Assembly: GCA_026387475.1 (NCBI GenBank)
Contig: JAPLLN010000049.1
Location: 16,556-80,555, forward strand
Direction of reading: 5' to 3'
From: Candidatus Omnitrophota bacterium
GTDB lineage: Bacteria > Omnitrophota > Gorgyraeia > Gygaellales > Profunditerraquicolaceae
DNA: 64,000 bases
Below, one piece after another: positions 60,125 through 64,000 of the stretch. A program made the position numbers and the translations under genes. The number at the start of each line of letters is the position of its first letter. Within the stretch, counting starts at the first letter, position 1. Under the pieces are notes generated by a model that was not told where the DNA came from, made no database searches, and saw only the letters and a program-made list of their open reading frames with translations.

Positions 60125-60994
60125 ATGGAATATGACTGGAATAATGCACGGCGAAATTACATTTACTACGAAGCGAGCGATTACAGCGTAGCTAAAGAGC
60201 TTTATCCGCTCCTTCATAAACCCTTCCTGACCCTGAAGAAGGTCGAGAATATCATTGATGATATTACCTACCGCAAAATCAATCTTTGGTGCAATGACGA
60301 GTTAGTCTCTGATTCAAGAGAAGATAACGATGCCGGTTGGCGAAAATTTTCGTATATTGATATCGTTAAGCTTCTGCTTATTACTGATTTGAGAAAATTT
60401 AATATGCCAATTGATGATATTAAAACCATCATCAACAAGGTCTCACATACAATCTTTACTCAACTCGTCAAACCTACGACAATAAGGGTGTTAGAGTTAG
60501 AATACTTTTATCTAAAGGCGCAGAGCGGGAACAGAATAGCTCTGCTCATAGATTTTAAGAAAGAGCCTATCGTGGTCTTCGGAACAGAAGCAAAGACAAT
60601 GGTAGATTATCAGGCAATCCGAAAAGCTGATTCTCCGCTCTTGATACTTCCCTTCTTCTCTTACGTTCAGAAAATAGCCGGTCTTTCAAATCATACGATA
60701 TCCATAAATGAGAAAACGTCAATGAGTGATGTAGTGCTCAAGCGTTTCTACGCTCCATCTTCACAGGAACAAAAGATTATAGGCTTGATTAGAAATAAGG
60801 GCTACGAAGAAATTGCTATCAAGCGGAGCAATAACGACGCAATCGTTATCAAAACGAAACACAGGGAAAGCGGGAAATTCACCGATAAGGATGTCATTGA
60901 CTTGATAAATAAACGAGATTATCAAAGCGTAACAGTAATAACGGACAAAGGGCAGAAAGTCGCTCTGATTCAGGAAGCAAATATAAAGGTTTAG
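60125..60994 (+). CDS. MerR-like HTH protein
   Basis: ITYRKINLW..GWRKFSYIDIVKLLLITDLRKFNMPIDDIK. Confidence 0.75.
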   Translation: MEYDWNNARRNYIYYEASDYSVAKELYPLLHKPFLTLKKVENIIDDITYRKINLWCNDELVSDSREDNDAGWRKFSYIDIVKLLLITDLRKFNMPIDDIKTIINKVSHTIFTQLVKPTTIRVLELEYFYLKAQSGNRIALLIDFKKEPIVVFGTEAKTMVDYQAIRKADSPLLILPFFSYVQKIAGLSNHTISINEKTSMSDVVLKRFYAPSSQEQKIIGLIRNKGYEEIAIKRSNNDAIVIKTKHRESGKFTDKDVIDLINKRDYQSVTVITDKGQKVALIQEANIKV

Positions 60995-61091
60995 TGTATC
61001 GAGAACAACTCGGACTCTAATCCTTATTATTTAACCGTTCGCGGAGAGTATCGGTAACGAATCGGGCTCTACGTTTTAAGTGGAGCCTACT

Positions 61092-61277
61092 ATGCTCTCC
61101 GTTGAACAGTGCAAGAAATATCTACCGGCGGGGAAATATACCGACGAAGAGATTGAACGAATGCGGGATGAACTCTATCAGGTCGCAGAAATTTTAGTCG
61201 ATGATTTTATTAAACAAAGTGGTGAAGCAAAAAAGTTTGTTAGATTTTCGACTTCATTTGCGTCAATTCAATTATAG
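61092..61277 (+). CDS. Small hypothetical protein
   Basis: MLSVEQCKKYL..YTDEEIERMRDELY, with GGAG RBS. Confidence 0.65.
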   Translation: MLSVEQCKKYLPAGKYTDEEIERMRDELYQVAEILVDDFIKQSGEAKKFVRFSTSFASIQL

Positions 61278-61303
61278 TAGAGCATAAAAAAGGAGCGCGA
61301 GAT

Positions 61304-61999
61304 ATGAATATTAAAAGACTTATAGCAAGAGAGGGTCTTGTTTTAGTTGGAATTGTAGCAGCAGGAGCATTCCTAACCTTTTTGGGCTCTTGTCTTGAAA
61401 ATTCTATCGCGCATAAATATAAAATACCTTATGAAGATGTCGTTTGGGACGATGATTTAGAAAAAATAAAAGCGAATATTTCCAAGATGGACGCCATCGG
61501 AGTATCTGCAAATGAGATTGACAAATATTTATTATCTGAAGGGTTAACGCTTAAAGAAGCAAATAAATTATGCTTAAGACCAAAGCGTGATTATTATAAA
61601 GAGGAAATTCAAGGCAAGCAACCTCAAGTAGATTTATCTTCCTATTCCGATGAAGAACTTATGAAAATAGTTGGTTTCAGCCAAAAGGAGCAAGAGGCGC
61701 TCAAAGAATTGCGGGTTATCAGAGAAAAGTATCCTGAATATAAGGATTTGGACGACGTTACGCTGGTCTCTAAATTAGGACAAAGATTTCCTCAATATCA
61801 AAGCGTGAGCCAAGTCATAACCTCAATAACTCATCCTGCGATTGTGCGAAAGAAAACGAACATTTCCACAAAAATTATCGCATCTATTACACCTAAAATG
61901 GGTTCGTTGGGGGTTTTTATCTTGATTTTGGGTTATCCATTATATCTACTGTTCAGATTTATTCTATGGGCAAAAAGAACATTAAAAGCAGGAGCGTGA
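61304..61999 (+). CDS. Two-TM membrane protein (paralog 1)
   Basis: MNIKRLIAREGL..YPLYLLFRFILWA. Confidence 0.8.
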   Translation: MNIKRLIAREGLVLVGIVAAGAFLTFLGSCLENSIAHKYKIPYEDVVWDDDLEKIKANISKMDAIGVSANEIDKYLLSEGLTLKEANKLCLRPKRDYYKEEIQGKQPQVDLSSYSDEELMKIVGFSQKEQEALKELRVIREKYPEYKDLDDVTLVSKLGQRFPQYQSVSQVITSITHPAIVRKKTNISTKIIASITPKMGSLGVFILILGYPLYLLFRFILWAKRTLKAGA

Positions 62000-62002
62000 G
62001 GT

Positions 62003-62437
62003 ATGAATATCAAAAAAATGGTTGCCAGAGAAGGGTTAATTTTACTCGCCTGTGCTATATGTGCAGGTCTTTTTCTATTCCTTCAAAGCCTTATCCCTTA
62101 TTGTAGCCCAAAATATGAGTATGACATTAAAACAAGTGGACATAAGTATGTTGTATCAACTCAAGAAGCAATCTATTCATTTGAGTTCAAAGATAAGGCA
62201 GAATTATATAAAACGCTCCAAGATAAATACCCAAAAGATTTGGGTAAAAATGACGGCGTTGATTTTGTTCCCGATGACTTAAAGATTAGCCCCCCAAAAA
62301 CTATTTATAACTTCGCAGGACATATAAGAAACTTGCTGGGAAATTTGGGTCTGCTGTCAATTTTTGTCGTATATCCATTGTATTTAATAATCTGTTTCGT
62401 GATGTGGGCGGTGAAAACCTTAAAAGGCAAGGAGTAA
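62003..62437 (+). CDS. Two-TM membrane protein (paralog 2)
   Basis: MNIKKMVAREGL..YPLYLIICFVMWA. Confidence 0.8.
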   Translation: MNIKKMVAREGLILLACAICAGLFLFLQSLIPYCSPKYEYDIKTSGHKYVVSTQEAIYSFEFKDKAELYKTLQDKYPKDLGKNDGVDFVPDDLKISPPKTIYNFAGHIRNLLGNLGLLSIFVVYPLYLIICFVMWAVKTLKGKE

Positions 62438-62440
62438 ATT

Positions 62441-63079
62441 ATGAAAAAATTCTTATTATTGTGCTTATGTTTAGCATTGGCTTGGCAGATTAAAGTCTGT
62501 GCTTCGGCAGAAGAAACACCTAACTCAAAATATACAATAAACAAAATTGAATTAAGTATGAACGGCAATAATCATTTCTCTGGTAGAGCGATTTTTTACC
62601 CGCCCGAAAGAAAAGCAGTCTTTGAGATAATAAATAAAGGCAAAATGCCTTTTGATTTTAAGGACGCTCTCTTTTATGCTGTTACCTCTCTCCCCAACAA
62701 AGCGGTTTATCAACTTGAATATGATAAAACATATTATAAACAAAACCAACGAATAAGTTTGGTCAGTAACCCCGAAGATACTACCGCTATTCAATGTATT
62801 GTGCCAAGCAATTTCGTTTATGTCTCTGGGGCTTATATTAAACTGATTGATGGCACTAAGATTTATTTTGAGTATGAAGAATTGACTGCGTGGCAAAGAT
62901 TCTATAAGGGTTTACTAAAGACGATAGGGATTAGTAATCAAGACAAGTTCCCCAAAGACGAAGAAGGATGGAAAACACTTGCTACTTCTTCGGGCAAACG
63001 CTTCCGATATAAACAAGTAGATAAGGAAGAAAAGGACTGGTGGGAAAATCTTCCAAACAATGAAGGTAGTGCGAGGTAA
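62441..63079 (+). CDS. Exported hypothetical protein
   Basis: Signal peptide and AGGAG RBS. Confidence 0.75.
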   Translation: MKKFLLLCLCLALAWQIKVCASAEETPNSKYTINKIELSMNGNNHFSGRAIFYPPERKAVFEIINKGKMPFDFKDALFYAVTSLPNKAVYQLEYDKTYYKQNQRISLVSNPEDTTAIQCIVPSNFVYVSGAYIKLIDGTKIYFEYEELTAWQRFYKGLLKTIGISNQDKFPKDEEGWKTLATSSGKRFRYKQVDKEEKDWWENLPNNEGSAR

Positions 63080-63094
63080 CTAAAGGAGATTCCT

Positions 63095-63730
63095 ATGACT
63101 ATGGATATGAATATGGTCGCATTTATTTCGGGCGTGGTTTCTGTGATTTTGGGCTTCTTGGCTATTGCCTTATCTGTCATTTTTTACATTCAAGCAAAGG
63201 CGACAGAAAAAGAAACGGCAAAAACACTTGAACGTATTCAAGCACAAGCAGAAACTCTTAAAAGTATCACAGATAAACATATGACCCGATTGATTAGGCA
63301 CGCTACCGAGCAAAAGCCAATTGAAGAAATTCTAACAATAATCGCGACCGTAAAGAATCTCCCTGATACAAACCTACAATTGCATCTTCAACAGAGAGAA
63401 ATTGATGCCCTAACTGCTCAAGCAATCGAAGGCTACATTGGCTCTTATTACTACTCTGCAGTTACAAATTGTTTACTGCAATTTTATCTTCCTGATGCAA
63501 AAAGTTTTGATAGCACTAATCCGGGGCACGTTTTCACAAAAACAATGATTGATACGAGTCTCGGGGATTTTAATAACCTTAAAATCTTATTTGGACGAAT
63601 AAATCAAGCGCTAATCCAAAGCAGTCCAGTATATTCATACTATACTTCAGCAGAGCAATTTTGGTCTCCCCTTATTAAGGATTCTGCGACTTGTTTTGTA
63701 GACAAGGAGCAAGGAGGGGTTCAGGAATAA
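63095..63730 (+). CDS. Membrane-anchored coiled-coil hypothetical protein
   Basis: N-terminal TM and AGGAG RBS. Confidence 0.75.
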   Translation: MTMDMNMVAFISGVVSVILGFLAIALSVIFYIQAKATEKETAKTLERIQAQAETLKSITDKHMTRLIRHATEQKPIEEILTIIATVKNLPDTNLQLHLQQREIDALTAQAIEGYIGSYYYSAVTNCLLQFYLPDAKSFDSTNPGHVFTKTMIDTSLGDFNNLKILFGRINQALIQSSPVYSYYTSAEQFWSPLIKDSATCFVDKEQGGVQE

Positions 63731-64000
63731 ATGAAGGCGATTATCTATACAAGAGTCAGCACTGTCGAGCAAGCCGATAAAGGATACAGCCTCGAAGGGC
63801 AAGAAAAAGAATGCCGGAATTTTGCCCTCCTGAACGGATATCCTATTGATAAGGTCTTCGTTGAGCGGGGCGAAAGCGCAAAGACACAACAAAGGACAGA
63901 ACTTCAAAGACTCATCAAGTATTCCGTTGAGCACAAGAAAGAACTTTCCGTCCTTATCATTTGGAAATATGACCGTTTCGCCAGAAATCTCTCCGACCAA
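63731..64000 (+). CDS. Large serine recombinase (5' part, runs off window)
   Basis: MKAIIYTRVSTVEQ..GYSLEGQ..ERGESAK..RTELQRLI..KYDRFARN. Confidence 0.92.
   Translation, partial: MKAIIYTRVSTVEQADKGYSLEGQEKECRNFALLNGYPIDKVFVERGESAKTQQRTELQRLIKYSVEHKKELSVLIIWKYDRFARNLSDQ

Larger units (their letters stand above)
56779..64000. mobile_element. Genomic island / integrative element with a large serine recombinase, probably tRNA-integrated (partial)
   Basis: Visible shift to AT-rich DNA, a tRNA-3'-like TGGTAGCCC at the left end, accessory cargo, and a serine recombinase at 63731. Confidence 0.7.

Noticed and set aside
63647-64000. Minus-strand 117-aa ORF
   Set aside because: It is antisense to the serine recombinase, which has clear catalytic motifs.

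Overview
The window has three parts. (1) 1-31990, minus strand: one uninterrupted reading frame of more than 10,600 codons that runs off the left edge. The ORF track misses it because it has no stop in the window. It encodes a giant multidomain protein, N to C: N-terminal membrane anchor, C39 peptidase followed directly by a double-glycine-type leader motif, beta-rich repeats, a His/Cys clan-CD-like peptidase, a degenerate SecA-like motor, a HExxH motif, an M24B aminopeptidase, a receiver domain, a kinase-like domain, an internal Tat-lipoprotein signal plus degenerate subtilase, TM helices, LysM and a six-hairpin glycosidase-like domain. The central enzyme modules are separated by recurring 'SSP' linkers. 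A sigma70 promoter and a c-di-GMP-I riboswitch precede it. (2) 32.5-56.8 kb: a Tad/Flp pilus locus with 11 prepilin-like genes, TadB/C, a CpaE-CpaF fusion, a secretin-TonB-C fusion, CpaB, a PPIase and a GT-C-like TPR protein. The locus also has two large Pro-rich secreted proteins, a second, variant GEMM-like riboswitch, an HTH/transposase-derived gene whose promoter carries a 12-bp motif that recurs elsewhere, and a RAYT with REP hairpins. (3) 56.8-64 kb: an AT-rich island starting at a tRNA-3'-end-like att fragment. It carries a TIGR04255-like cassette, XRE and MerR-like regulators, a MOMP-like porin and the start of a large serine recombinase. The architecture suggests a Candidatus Omnitrophota (PVC) genome, which is an inference. 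All domain calls come from manual translation and motif recognition, not database searches.
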